NCBI GenBank assembly: GCA_017960905.1
Contig: JAGCYH010000029.1
Span: 10,948-74,947 of the forward strand
Source of the DNA: Bacteroidales bacterium
GTDB lineage: Bacteria; Bacteroidota; Bacteroidia; Bacteroidales; Marinilabiliaceae
Length of the DNA: 64,000 nucleotides
Reading direction: 5' to 3'
Shown here: piece by piece, positions 35,258-43,194 of the stretch
How the letters are laid out: the number at the start of each line of letters is the position of its first letter
Numbering within the stretch: position 1 is the stretch's first letter
Made by a program: the position numbers and the translations under genes
Notes under the pieces: model-generated
The model's database searches: none
Told to the model about the DNA's origin: nothing
The model's input: only the letters and a program-made list of their open reading frames with translations

Positions 35258-35896
35258 CTATGGTAAAAAATGCTTGTTGTCTATTATTGTGTTTATTTTC
35301 TTGTTTGTGTAGGTGTATTCCGAGTAGTCGCCGTTTGGCTCTGCCAAACGCATCGACATCAGCGTGTTGTCTTTTTTGTCGAATCGCAGAACTATCTCAT
35401 TCATATATCGTTTCACCCTTTTGTTCGATGGTTTTATGCTTATGGTGAATGTGCTGCCGTTGTCGTAATAGCTCGTTTCCGAATGTTCGCCGAGCGACAT
35501 GAAGTTGCCTGTCATACAGGCTGTTATCATGTTTTTCAACTGCGAAAGAGCCGGATTTCTCGACAATTGCATCGACGATGTTTTGCCGTTTGTGGTCAGA
35601 GTGAATTTTGTGTCGCTTATAAGTATCTTGTTGTCGGCGGGTTCGGTATAGTCGAGGCAGAGCTGGCTACTGGCCTTGCTGTAGTAGAATTTGCCGTAGC
35701 TCTTTTCTATGTCGCTCATCAGCGATATTTTTTTCACCAAGGTGAAATCGCTTTCTATGCTGCGTGTCGAGCTGCTTGCGGTTTTTATCTTTTCAAGTTG
35801 TGCGGTGGCGTCGGCGACTTTGTCGCCGAACTCGCTCGCCGCCAGTGCGTTAGTGGTTAGCGCCAGTGCCAGTATGATTGTTGTTATTTGTCTCAT
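35258..35896 (-). CDS. LolA-like outer-membrane lipoprotein carrier family protein
   Basis: 212 aa with a signal peptide. Size and sequence pattern are consistent with the LolA fold family, and the gene neighbourhood (hotdog + GT2) is typical. A TAcaTTTG box lies 20 nt upstream. Confidence 0.55.
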   Translation of the reverse strand: MRQITTIILALALTTNALAASEFGDKVADATAQLEKIKTASSSTRSIESDFTLVKKISLMSDIEKSYGKFYYSKASSQLCLDYTEPADNKILISDTKFTLTTNGKTSSMQLSRNPALSQLKNMITACMTGNFMSLGEHSETSYYDNGSTFTISIKPSNKRVKRYMNEIVLRFDKKDNTLMSMRLAEPNGDYSEYTYTNKKINTIIDNKHFLP

Positions 35897-35915
35897 TTTG
35901 TCTTTTTACGAAGTG

Positions 35916-35923
35916 CAAATGTA
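35916..35923 (-). promoter_or_regulatory. -7 box TAcaTTTG upstream of LolA-like/hotdog/GT2 operon
   Basis: CAAATGTA on the forward strand, 20 nt from the start at 35896. Confidence 0.45.
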
Positions 35924-36096
35924 TTCATAATCTTTGACATAAAAAAAGCCGGGCGAAATCACTTCGTCCGACTTTTAACATCTTCAGCTTTTTTGAAGCA
36001 TCCGATGTGTCTTTGAGTATAATATAAACGGAAATTCTTTTTTTTCAACGATACAAAGTAACATGGTATGAGAAATTTGTGCAAATTAAAGTGACC

Positions 36097-36245
36097 TTTG
36101 GGGTGAACGATGTGGTTTTTTGCCCTATTTTGGGGCAAAATACCACTATTGGGGACTAAAATTGTTGCGTTATTTGGTTTTTGGGGTGAAAAATTCTGAT
36201 TTTGGGGTGAAATTTTGCGGATTTTTTTTGAAATTTTTACCCCAA
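36097..36245 (+). repeat. five direct TTGGGG(T/C/A) words plus one inverted copy upstream of the LytTR gene
   Basis: TTGGGG starts at 36098, 36130, 36149, 36181 and 36202. The last two full words, TTTTGGGGTGAAA, are 21 bp apart. An inverted CCCCAA lies at 36240..36245. Confidence 0.8.
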
Positions 36246-36274
36246 ATAATATCAATTATATAGTTTTTATGCAT

Positions 36275-36282
36275 TATTTTTG
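36275..36282 (+). promoter_or_regulatory. -7 box TAttTTTG upstream of LytTR gene
   Basis: Matches TAnnTTTG, 40 nt before the ATG at 36322 and just downstream of the TTGGGG word cluster. Confidence 0.45.
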
Positions 36283-36321
36283 TGCTCGAACTGGAAACGA
36301 GATTTTTTTTATTGTAAAAAA

Positions 36322-37179
36322 ATGGATTTGGGCAAACTCATACCGCTCTATTTGTTGGAAAAACGGAATATCATCAGATTGATACTTCTGACGGCCACTT
36401 TTGCGTTGATTTTCATCAACACATATCAGCCTTTCGGGTCTGAGAACTGGCTCACGCAGTACGATTCGCCCAAATATATGTACTTTGTCTATTCTTCGGT
36501 TTTGGTGCTTTTCGGCATGTTGGTGGTTACCATCAGCCGCGTCATTATGTATAAGTTGCACAAGTACAAAGGCTACACGCCGATTCTCGGACATTATTTG
36601 TTGTGGATTCTTGCCGAGCTGTTTTTTATGTCGCTCTCGTTTGTGATGTTCGAGAAGTTAGCTTTCGACGACTCTCGTAATGTTATAGAGCTTTTCAAAA
36701 CGTCGGCGGTCAACACGTCGCTGGTGCTTTTGCTGCCTTATAGCGTGCTCTGGCTCTACTTCTCGTGGAGCGATAAGAAACGCCTTATCGAAGAGTTGAA
36801 AAAGAATCAAACCATTGAGAATCATAGCTCTAAGTCGCAGATGATAAACTTCTTCGACAACAAGGGTGAGGTGAAGTTCAGCGTGAAACTGCACGACCTG
36901 GTTTACATCAAAGGCGCTGATAATTATATAATTGTATATTATAAGAACGACGACAAAGTGTCGTCGATAATGATACGATACTCGATGAAGCAGGTCGAGG
37001 ACGAGCTGTCGCCGAAAGGCGTCATCCGTTGTCATCGCTCCTATATTGTCAACACGATGCTTGTGAAGACCTTCACGCGCTCGAGCGATGGCTTTGTTAT
37101 TTCGCTCGAGGCGCCTGGAGATGTATCTGTGCCAGTATCAAAGAGTTATGCTAAAGATGTTTTTGAATTGTTTGGTTAG
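36322..37179 (+). CDS. membrane-anchored LytTR-domain DNA-binding protein
   Basis: The ATG at 36322 lies 40 nt after a TAttTTTG box; the track start at 36280 lies inside that box. Four N-terminal TM segments. C-terminal LytTR signature VYIKGADNYIIVYY......RCHRSYIVN. Confidence 0.78.
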   Translation: MDLGKLIPLYLLEKRNIIRLILLTATFALIFINTYQPFGSENWLTQYDSPKYMYFVYSSVLVLFGMLVVTISRVIMYKLHKYKGYTPILGHYLLWILAELFFMSLSFVMFEKLAFDDSRNVIELFKTSAVNTSLVLLLPYSVLWLYFSWSDKKRLIEELKKNQTIENHSSKSQMINFFDNKGEVKFSVKLHDLVYIKGADNYIIVYYKNDDKVSSIMIRYSMKQVEDELSPKGVIRCHRSYIVNTMLVKTFTRSSDGFVISLEAPGDVSVPVSKSYAKDVFELFG

Positions 37180-38034
37180 ATGATGACGTTGTTTCGTATT
37201 CTGTTTTCCGTGTTTGCTGTTTGTGTGGTTGCGGCTTGTGCGCGGCCTACGGCCAGCGCTCTTAAGCCGCAGGTCTCGGTGAGCATCCCTGTGGTAGGTT
37301 ATTTTATCGACCGCATTGCGGGCGATAAAATCGACGTCAACGTTATGATTCCTCAGTCGGTAGGCCATTCCGACTATATCCCGTTGCCGTCGCAGATGCT
37401 AGCTGTGGCAAATTCCGACGCATATTTCGCCATTGGCAATCTCGATTTCGAGATTGCATGGAAAGACCGCATTTGCGATGCAAATAAAGCTATGAAGTGG
37501 GTCAGTTTGAATGATAACATTAAGATTATAAACGATTTAAGTGACCATCACCATGGCGGTTCCGACCCTCACTATTGGATGTCGCCCATAAGGGCTAAGG
37601 ACCTCAGCGCAAATATCTTACGCGAAGTGAAACTGCTGATACCCAACGATGTACAGTCTCTCGACTCGGCTTACGCCGAGCTCTGTGCCGATATCGATAG
37701 TCTCGACAGCGGTTTTCGCGCTCTTCAGCGCGAAAACGGGTCGCTCTCGTTTCTCATTTACCATCCGGCTCTGACCTATTTGGCTGAGGACTATGGTTTT
37801 AGTCAGTTTGAGATTGAGCACGACGGCAATGCGCCGTCGCCTCAGACTTATATAGAACAACTTGAGCGCGCCCGCCAGACTGGCGCCCGCGTTGTGTTCG
37901 TGCAGCCCGGCTACGACGTGCAGAAAGCGCAGACGGCTGCCGAGTCGTTGGGAGCGCAAGTGGTGCAGATTTCGCCCGAAAGCTCCGATTGGATTGTGAC
38001 TATGTCGCTTATTTTAAATGCATTACGACAATGA
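37180..38034 (+). CDS. znuA: metal (zinc-type) ABC transporter substrate-binding lipoprotein
   Basis: Lipobox VVAAC and His-rich loop DHHHGGSDPHYW. The start codon directly follows the LytTR gene stop. Confidence 0.75.
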   Translation: MMTLFRILFSVFAVCVVAACARPTASALKPQVSVSIPVVGYFIDRIAGDKIDVNVMIPQSVGHSDYIPLPSQMLAVANSDAYFAIGNLDFEIAWKDRICDANKAMKWVSLNDNIKIINDLSDHHHGGSDPHYWMSPIRAKDLSANILREVKLLIPNDVQSLDSAYAELCADIDSLDSGFRALQRENGSLSFLIYHPALTYLAEDYGFSQFEIEHDGNAPSPQTYIEQLERARQTGARVVFVQPGYDVQKAQTAAESLGAQVVQISPESSDWIVTMSLILNALRQ

Positions 38035-38765
38035 CAGAACCGCTTGTTAGTTTACGCAACGTCAGTGCCGGATACGAAGGTCGAACGATAGTCAGCTCGG
38101 TGAGCCTCGATGTCCACAGCGACGATTTTATAGCCTTCATCGGTCCTAATGGCGGCGGCAAAACAACCATAGTGAGGCTTTTGCTCGGTCAGTTGCGCCC
38201 CATGTCGGGCGAAGTGCGCTTTGCGCCTTCGCTCCGAATAGGTTATCTGCCACAGGTCAACGATGTTGATTTGAGATTCCCCATCAGCGTTACCGATGTG
38301 GTGCTCTCGGGGCAACTCGACGGCAGCCGTCTGTTCCCTTCCCGCGCCGAACGGGCGCGGGCGTTGGAGTTGCTTCGTTTCGCACAGCTCGAGCAGTATA
38401 AAGACAAGCCGCTTGGCTCGCTCTCTGGCGGCCAGCGCCAGAGGGTTTTCCTCTGTCGTGCCATAATGGGCAATCCGCAACTGCTAATTCTCGATGAACC
38501 AGTGACTTATATGGATAAGGTGGCCGAGACAAATCTCTACAAACTCTTGCCCGAACTCTCGAAACAGATGGCCATTGTGCTCGTTTCGCACGACATTGGC
38601 ACCATCTCGAGCGTGGTGAAAACGATAGCCTGCGTCAATGGCACGCTTCATTACCACGCCACCAACAAGATATCCGAAGAGATGCTTTCGGTGTACGAAT
38701 GTCCGATAGAAATACTGTCGCACGGCGTCATTCCGCATCGTGTGCTCAAAACCCATAATTTCTGA
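38031..38765 (+). CDS. znuC: metal ABC transporter ATP-binding protein
   Basis: ATGA overlap with the upstream gene. Walker A GPNGGGKTT, signature LSGGQRQR, Walker B LILDEP. Confidence 0.8.
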   Translation: MTEPLVSLRNVSAGYEGRTIVSSVSLDVHSDDFIAFIGPNGGGKTTIVRLLLGQLRPMSGEVRFAPSLRIGYLPQVNDVDLRFPISVTDVVLSGQLDGSRLFPSRAERARALELLRFAQLEQYKDKPLGSLSGGQRQRVFLCRAIMGNPQLLILDEPVTYMDKVAETNLYKLLPELSKQMAIVLVSHDIGTISSVVKTIACVNGTLHYHATNKISEEMLSVYECPIEILSHGVIPHRVLKTHNF

Positions 38766-38767
38766 CC

Positions 38768-39571
38768 ATGCAAATGTTTCTCGAATACGATTTCATGCGG
38801 AATGCCGTTTTTGCCATGTTCCTGCTTTCTGTAATAGCCGGAATAGTAGGCACTTACATCGTTGTGCGCCGTATGGTCTTTGTGGCGGGCGGCATCACAC
38901 ATGCGAGTTTTGGCGGCATTGGCATAGCCTATTATCTGGGCATGTCGCCAATCGTCGGGGCGTTGGTGTTTGCAGTGCTGACGGCTCTCGGCGCTGAGTG
39001 TCTTGGCTGCAAGGCGCGCGTGCGCACCGACAGCGCCATAGCTATGCTATGGTCGCTCGGCATGGCGGTGGGTGTCATTTTCATGTTCCTCACGCCTGGT
39101 TATGCACCCAATCTGATGGGATTTATGTTTGGCGATATTCTGGCGGTGAGCGATGTCGATGTAGTGTCATTACTGATTATGGCACTGATAGTTATATGCG
39201 GGGCGCTGCTCTTTTACCGCCCGATAATGTACACGTCGTTTTCGCCGGCCTACGCCCGCATAGCGGGCTGGCGCGTCCGTCTTATCAGTTCGCTGATGTC
39301 GGTTGTGGTTGCCGTTGCTATAGTGCTGTCTATCAAAGCAGTAGGCATAGTGCTGATATTGTCGATGTTTACCATTCCGCAGTCGATAGCCAACTTTTTT
39401 GTGGGTCGCCTGAACCGTATGATGATATTATCTACGATAATATCGGTTGTGGGTGGCATGGCGGGTTTGGCTATAGCTGTAATGCTTAATCTGCCTGTGG
39501 GTGCGGTGGTAACGGCCTTCCTGGTTATATTACTGATAATCATACGTTTAATAATTAAAATAAAAAAATGA
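38768..39571 (+). CDS. znuB: metal ABC transporter permease
   Basis: 267 aa, about 8 hydrophobic helices, ABC-3 family layout. Starts 3 nt after the ATPase stop. Confidence 0.8.
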   Translation: MQMFLEYDFMRNAVFAMFLLSVIAGIVGTYIVVRRMVFVAGGITHASFGGIGIAYYLGMSPIVGALVFAVLTALGAECLGCKARVRTDSAIAMLWSLGMAVGVIFMFLTPGYAPNLMGFMFGDILAVSDVDVVSLLIMALIVICGALLFYRPIMYTSFSPAYARIAGWRVRLISSLMSVVVAVAIVLSIKAVGIVLILSMFTIPQSIANFFVGRLNRMMILSTIISVVGGMAGLAIAVMLNLPVGAVVTAFLVILLIIIRLIIKIKK

Positions 39572-40302
39572 AAACAGTATTTACATTGTTGTCGGGGGCG
39601 TGCGTGGTTGCGCTTTTGACAGGTTGCTCCCAAGGCGCAACCAACGATGCCGGTGCGGCAAGCGCGCCGGCTTCTGGCAATGTCAATTGGGAAAAGCCGT
39701 TGTACACTGTCAATAGCGATGGCGACACGATAGATATTTGGACCTACGACAAAGCCGGAAATTGTGTGAAACACATCTCGTCGAAGTACTATTACTCCGA
39801 GGTCGTTAATGAATACGATGCGCAGAACCGCCTTGTGAAAAGTACTGACAGTGAGTCGGCTACAGAGTATATCTACTCGCCCGACGGCAAACTGACTGAA
39901 GAGCGCCTCTTCATTGCCGGAAACGATGAAGGCCAGTACGATGAGACTGTTTACACGTACAATGACAAAGGCCAAATTGCTACAAGACACGACGTTACAG
40001 GACTTTACACATACACTTACGACAGCGAAGGCCGTTTGAGCACTGTTGATGATGATGGTGATGTGTACCTTCAGTATGAGTATCTTGGTGAAGGCGACAA
40101 GGCTCATCGTGAGATTAGTCAGTTCTTCAACGCTTTGTACGATGATATGGGTCGCTGCGTATACTATTCTGAAGAAGGCGGCGGCGATGAGGTTAAATAC
40201 GAATACGCTGATAATGTGCGTACTGCGAATATCACATCGATAGCTGTCGATACGGAAGAGGTTCGGACGATGGTCGAAAAAACCTACTACGCTGTTGAGT
40301 AA
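39568..40302 (+). CDS. lipoprotein with YD/RHS-like repeats
   Basis: ATGA overlap with the permease gene. Lipobox LLTGC. Repeated Y.Y...G.L motifs (YIYSPDGKLTEE, YTYNDKGQIATR, YTYDSEGRLSTV). Confidence 0.55.
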   Translation: MKTVFTLLSGACVVALLTGCSQGATNDAGAASAPASGNVNWEKPLYTVNSDGDTIDIWTYDKAGNCVKHISSKYYYSEVVNEYDAQNRLVKSTDSESATEYIYSPDGKLTEERLFIAGNDEGQYDETVYTYNDKGQIATRHDVTGLYTYTYDSEGRLSTVDDDGDVYLQYEYLGEGDKAHREISQFFNALYDDMGRCVYYSEEGGGDEVKYEYADNVRTANITSIAVDTEEVRTMVEKTYYAVE

Positions 40303-40316
40303 GAAAATGACAGAAT

Positions 40317-40354
40317 AAAAAAAAGCAACATACAAAGTATGTTGCTTTTTTTTT
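40317..40354. terminator. bidirectional terminator between znu-operon lipoprotein gene and OmpA gene
   Basis: A8-GCAACATAC-AAA-GTATGTTGC-T9. Confidence 0.8.
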
Positions 40355-41453
40355 ATTTCAACTGGTCGATTATCTGGTCGATGTTTGGCGCGAGAATAAT
40401 CTCGGTCCGTCGGTTTTTCTTGCGTCCTTCGGGTGTCGCGTTGGTGTCTACCGGGCATGTGTCGCCGCGACCGGCCGCCTCAATGTTGTTCTTTGCGAAG
40501 TTACCGTTGGCGAGCAGGATTCTGAGTACCGAGGTGGCGCGTTTGGCGCTCAAATCCCAGTTGTCGAGAATCACCTGGCCGCTGTACGGAACATTGTCGG
40601 TATGTCCCTCAACCACAATGTTTAAGCCGCTTTGCTGTGCAAGTACCGAAGCTATTTTCTTAAGCGCGTCGACGCCTTTGGCGTTGACGTCGTATTTGCC
40701 CGATTCGAAGAGAAGTTTCTCTTCGAGCGAAACGTACACTTTGCCGTCTTTATGATTGACCGTGAGGTCGTCGCTGCTGAAATCCACAAGTGCCGAGGCA
40801 ATCTTGTTGCGCAGGTTGGCCATGGCTTCGTCTTTGGCCTTCAGCGCGGCTTCGAGTTCTCTCAGCCGCGCGGCCTGTTCCTCTATATTGCGCTGTGCTG
40901 AAGCAAGTTCCGTGTCTTTCTGGCGCAGTTGTCGCTCTTTGTCCGAAAGTTCGTTCTCTTTGTTCTGCAAGGCTTGCGCGTTGAGCGCAAGCGCCGATTC
41001 GCTCTCAGCGAGCGCGTTTTCGGTCTCGGCCAATATCTGTTTCTGCTTTTCTATGGCTTTCTCGGTGTCCATGCGTTTGCCTTCGCTGTCGACGAGCTGA
41101 TCCTGCATTTGCAGCAGATGCTTCATAAGGGCCTCATACTCAGGCGTGTTGCCAAGCTTTGCGGCCAAGGCGCGAAGGTCGTTTTCGAGTATGGCAAGCT
41201 GCTTGAGCAGCGTGCGGTTTTTCATGCCGTAGAGCATTGTGTCTTGTTCGAGCTCGTGCTTGGCGGCCTCGAGCGTTGTCATGTCGTTTTCAAGTTGGCT
41301 CACACGCTTTTTCAGCAAGCCTACTTCAACCTTGCAGTCTTCGTTCTGCTCGCGGTAAAGGCGCGAAGCTTTTTGCGCTTCGTCGTATTTCTTTGCTGGT
41401 ACACAGGCAGTTACGAGTGCAACGATTGCGATTGTAAAAAGTCTTTTTACCAT
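40353..41453 (-). CDS. OmpA-family lipoprotein with long coiled-coil
   Basis: The ATG at 41453 gives MVKRLFTIAIVALVTAC (lipobox). The track start at 41483 is TTG and falls inside a TAttTTTG box. C-terminal OmpA motif VEGHTDNVPY...NWDLSAKRA. Confidence 0.8.
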   Translation of the reverse strand: MVKRLFTIAIVALVTACVPAKKYDEAQKASRLYREQNEDCKVEVGLLKKRVSQLENDMTTLEAAKHELEQDTMLYGMKNRTLLKQLAILENDLRALAAKLGNTPEYEALMKHLLQMQDQLVDSEGKRMDTEKAIEKQKQILAETENALAESESALALNAQALQNKENELSDKERQLRQKDTELASAQRNIEEQAARLRELEAALKAKDEAMANLRNKIASALVDFSSDDLTVNHKDGKVYVSLEEKLLFESGKYDVNAKGVDALKKIASVLAQQSGLNIVVEGHTDNVPYSGQVILDNWDLSAKRATSVLRILLANGNFAKNNIEAAGRGDTCPVDTNATPEGRKKNRRTEIILAPNIDQIIDQLK

Positions 41454-41692
41454 TTTTGTTGTGTTATCTGTTTTGGCGTACAAAAATATATTTTTTGCTG
41501 ATTTTACTGAATTTTAACGCCGATTTTTTTTCGGTAGAGGTGTGGATGTTTTTTTTGCAAAGAGCAAAAACTTGTCGGATGAGCGTTTGAGCGCTGCGAG
41601 TAGGAAGGTTCTTTTATATGGGATAATTTTTTCAATAACAGATATAACTATATCAATTAAGCTACGTTTAAGTACTTAGTAAATATTATTGT

Positions 41693-42019
41693 ATGCCTAA
41701 ACTTTATATATACGAGACAGAAACAGTTGAAGACTTGTTGTCGATACTTGCGCAGAATTTGCAGCGAAGGCGTTTGGAGAAAGGGCTTTCGCGAGATGCG
41801 CTGTCGCTTATGAGTGGCGTTCCTTCGGCAACTATTGCCAAATTTGAGAGCAAGCATACTATTTCTCTTTCGTCATTTGTTGCTATGGCTAAGGCTTTAG
41901 GTTATTCCGATGATGTTAAGCAGTTGATTTCTAGTCCGTTATATAGCACAATGGATGAATTGGAAACCATAAACAAAAACAAAAACAGAAAGCGTGGAAG
42001 GAATTGTTTCGATAGATAA
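41693..42019 (+). CDS. XRE-family HTH protein (HipB-like antitoxin)
   Basis: HTH segment LSRDALSLMSGVPSATIAKFESKHT. Overlaps the downstream HipA-like gene. Confidence 0.7.
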   Translation: MPKLYIYETETVEDLLSILAQNLQRRRLEKGLSRDALSLMSGVPSATIAKFESKHTISLSSFVAMAKALGYSDDVKQLISSPLYSTMDELETINKNKNRKRGRNCFDR

Positions 42020-43109
42020 ACTGGTGGTTACCTTGAATGGGAAGAATGTTGGGCGGCTGACAATGACCCCCGATGGTAAGTTGTGCGCTTTCGAGTATAG
42101 CGACTCGTGGATTGCCGAAGGCTTCTCTCTTTCGCCGTTGGAACTACCATTGCAACGAGGTGTGTTTGTTGCTAAGCCAATGCCGTTTTGGGGTAATTTT
42201 GGAATCTTTGAAGATAGTTTGCCCGATGGATATGGACGATATCTGCTTAATAGAATGTTGCGAAGGCAGAATATCGACGAGCGCACTCTAACGCCGTTGC
42301 AGCGGTTGAGTATAGTAGGATGTTCGGGAATGGGTGCCCTTTGCTACGAACCTGAAGTGTCTGTTGGTGAACGAGTATCACTGCCGCCTTTCGACAAGCT
42401 CCAGCAGATGGCTCTTGATATTTTATCGGAGCGTACTGATGCAGAAGCGGATACGCTATATTACAATAGTGGCAATTCGGGCGGTTGCCGCCCGAAATGC
42501 CTCTATAAAGACGCTGATGGACAGTGGCTTGTGAAATTCAGGCACACTTTCGACCCTACGGATATGGCATTGCAGGAATACACATACAATATGGTAGCCC
42601 GCAGATGTGGAATAGATGTCGCCGACTTCAAGCTTATCGATGGTAAGTATTTCGCTTCGAGGCGTTTCGACATTATTAACGGAGTACGGCTGCACACTGC
42701 GACAGCCGGAGCTCTTTTGAATGTATCTATTCAGATGCCGACTCTCGATTATCATAATCTGCTGAGTCTGACAGGATTTCTTACACAAGACCCTGCTCAA
42801 GTCGAAGAAATGTTCCGACGCATGGTTTTCAATGTCGCGGCCGAGAATAAGGATGACCACCCTAAGAATTTTGCTTTTATTTGCCAGAATGGCAAATGGA
42901 CATTGTCGCCTGCTTACGACCTGACACATAGCGCAGTAGGATATAATGGGGAACACGCAACATCGGCGAATAACAACGGCAATCCGTTGATAGCAGATTT
43001 GCTGGCAGTCGGAACGCAAATAAGGATTCCGCAAAAAAAGTGCGGTCAGATTATTGACGAAGTGCGTTGTGCTGTAAAAGAGGAACTTGGCATAGATGTT
43101 CTCAAGTAA
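41994..43109 (+). CDS. hipA: HipA-family serine/threonine kinase toxin
   Basis: N-terminal HipA coupling-domain pattern (LVVTLNGKNVGRL). Catalytic NKDDHPKNFAF motif. The only upstream in-frame start is a GTG at 41994, so the start is uncertain. Confidence 0.78.
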   Translation: MEGIVSIDKLVVTLNGKNVGRLTMTPDGKLCAFEYSDSWIAEGFSLSPLELPLQRGVFVAKPMPFWGNFGIFEDSLPDGYGRYLLNRMLRRQNIDERTLTPLQRLSIVGCSGMGALCYEPEVSVGERVSLPPFDKLQQMALDILSERTDAEADTLYYNSGNSGGCRPKCLYKDADGQWLVKFRHTFDPTDMALQEYTYNMVARRCGIDVADFKLIDGKYFASRRFDIINGVRLHTATAGALLNVSIQMPTLDYHNLLSLTGFLTQDPAQVEEMFRRMVFNVAAENKDDHPKNFAFICQNGKWTLSPAYDLTHSAVGYNGEHATSANNNGNPLIADLLAVGTQIRIPQKKCGQIIDEVRCAVKEELGIDVLK

Positions 43110-43163
43110 TGATGTTTAAAGAGTATTTGTCTTCCCATTTCCCTTTTTCATTCAATTTGTTAG

Positions 43164-43171
43164 TATCTTTG
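43164..43171 (+). promoter_or_regulatory. -7 box TAtcTTTG upstream of dxs
   Basis: Matches TAnnTTTG, 24 nt before the ATG at 43195. Confidence 0.45.
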
Positions 43172-43194
43172 CACTCGTTTTCGAGTGATTAAAG

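Noticed and set aside
35959-36255. 98-aa minus-strand ORF in the TTGGGG word region
   Set aside because: The repetitive SPQN/PQN peptide mirrors the DNA words. It has no promoter or ribosome-binding context and overlaps the orphan hairpin.
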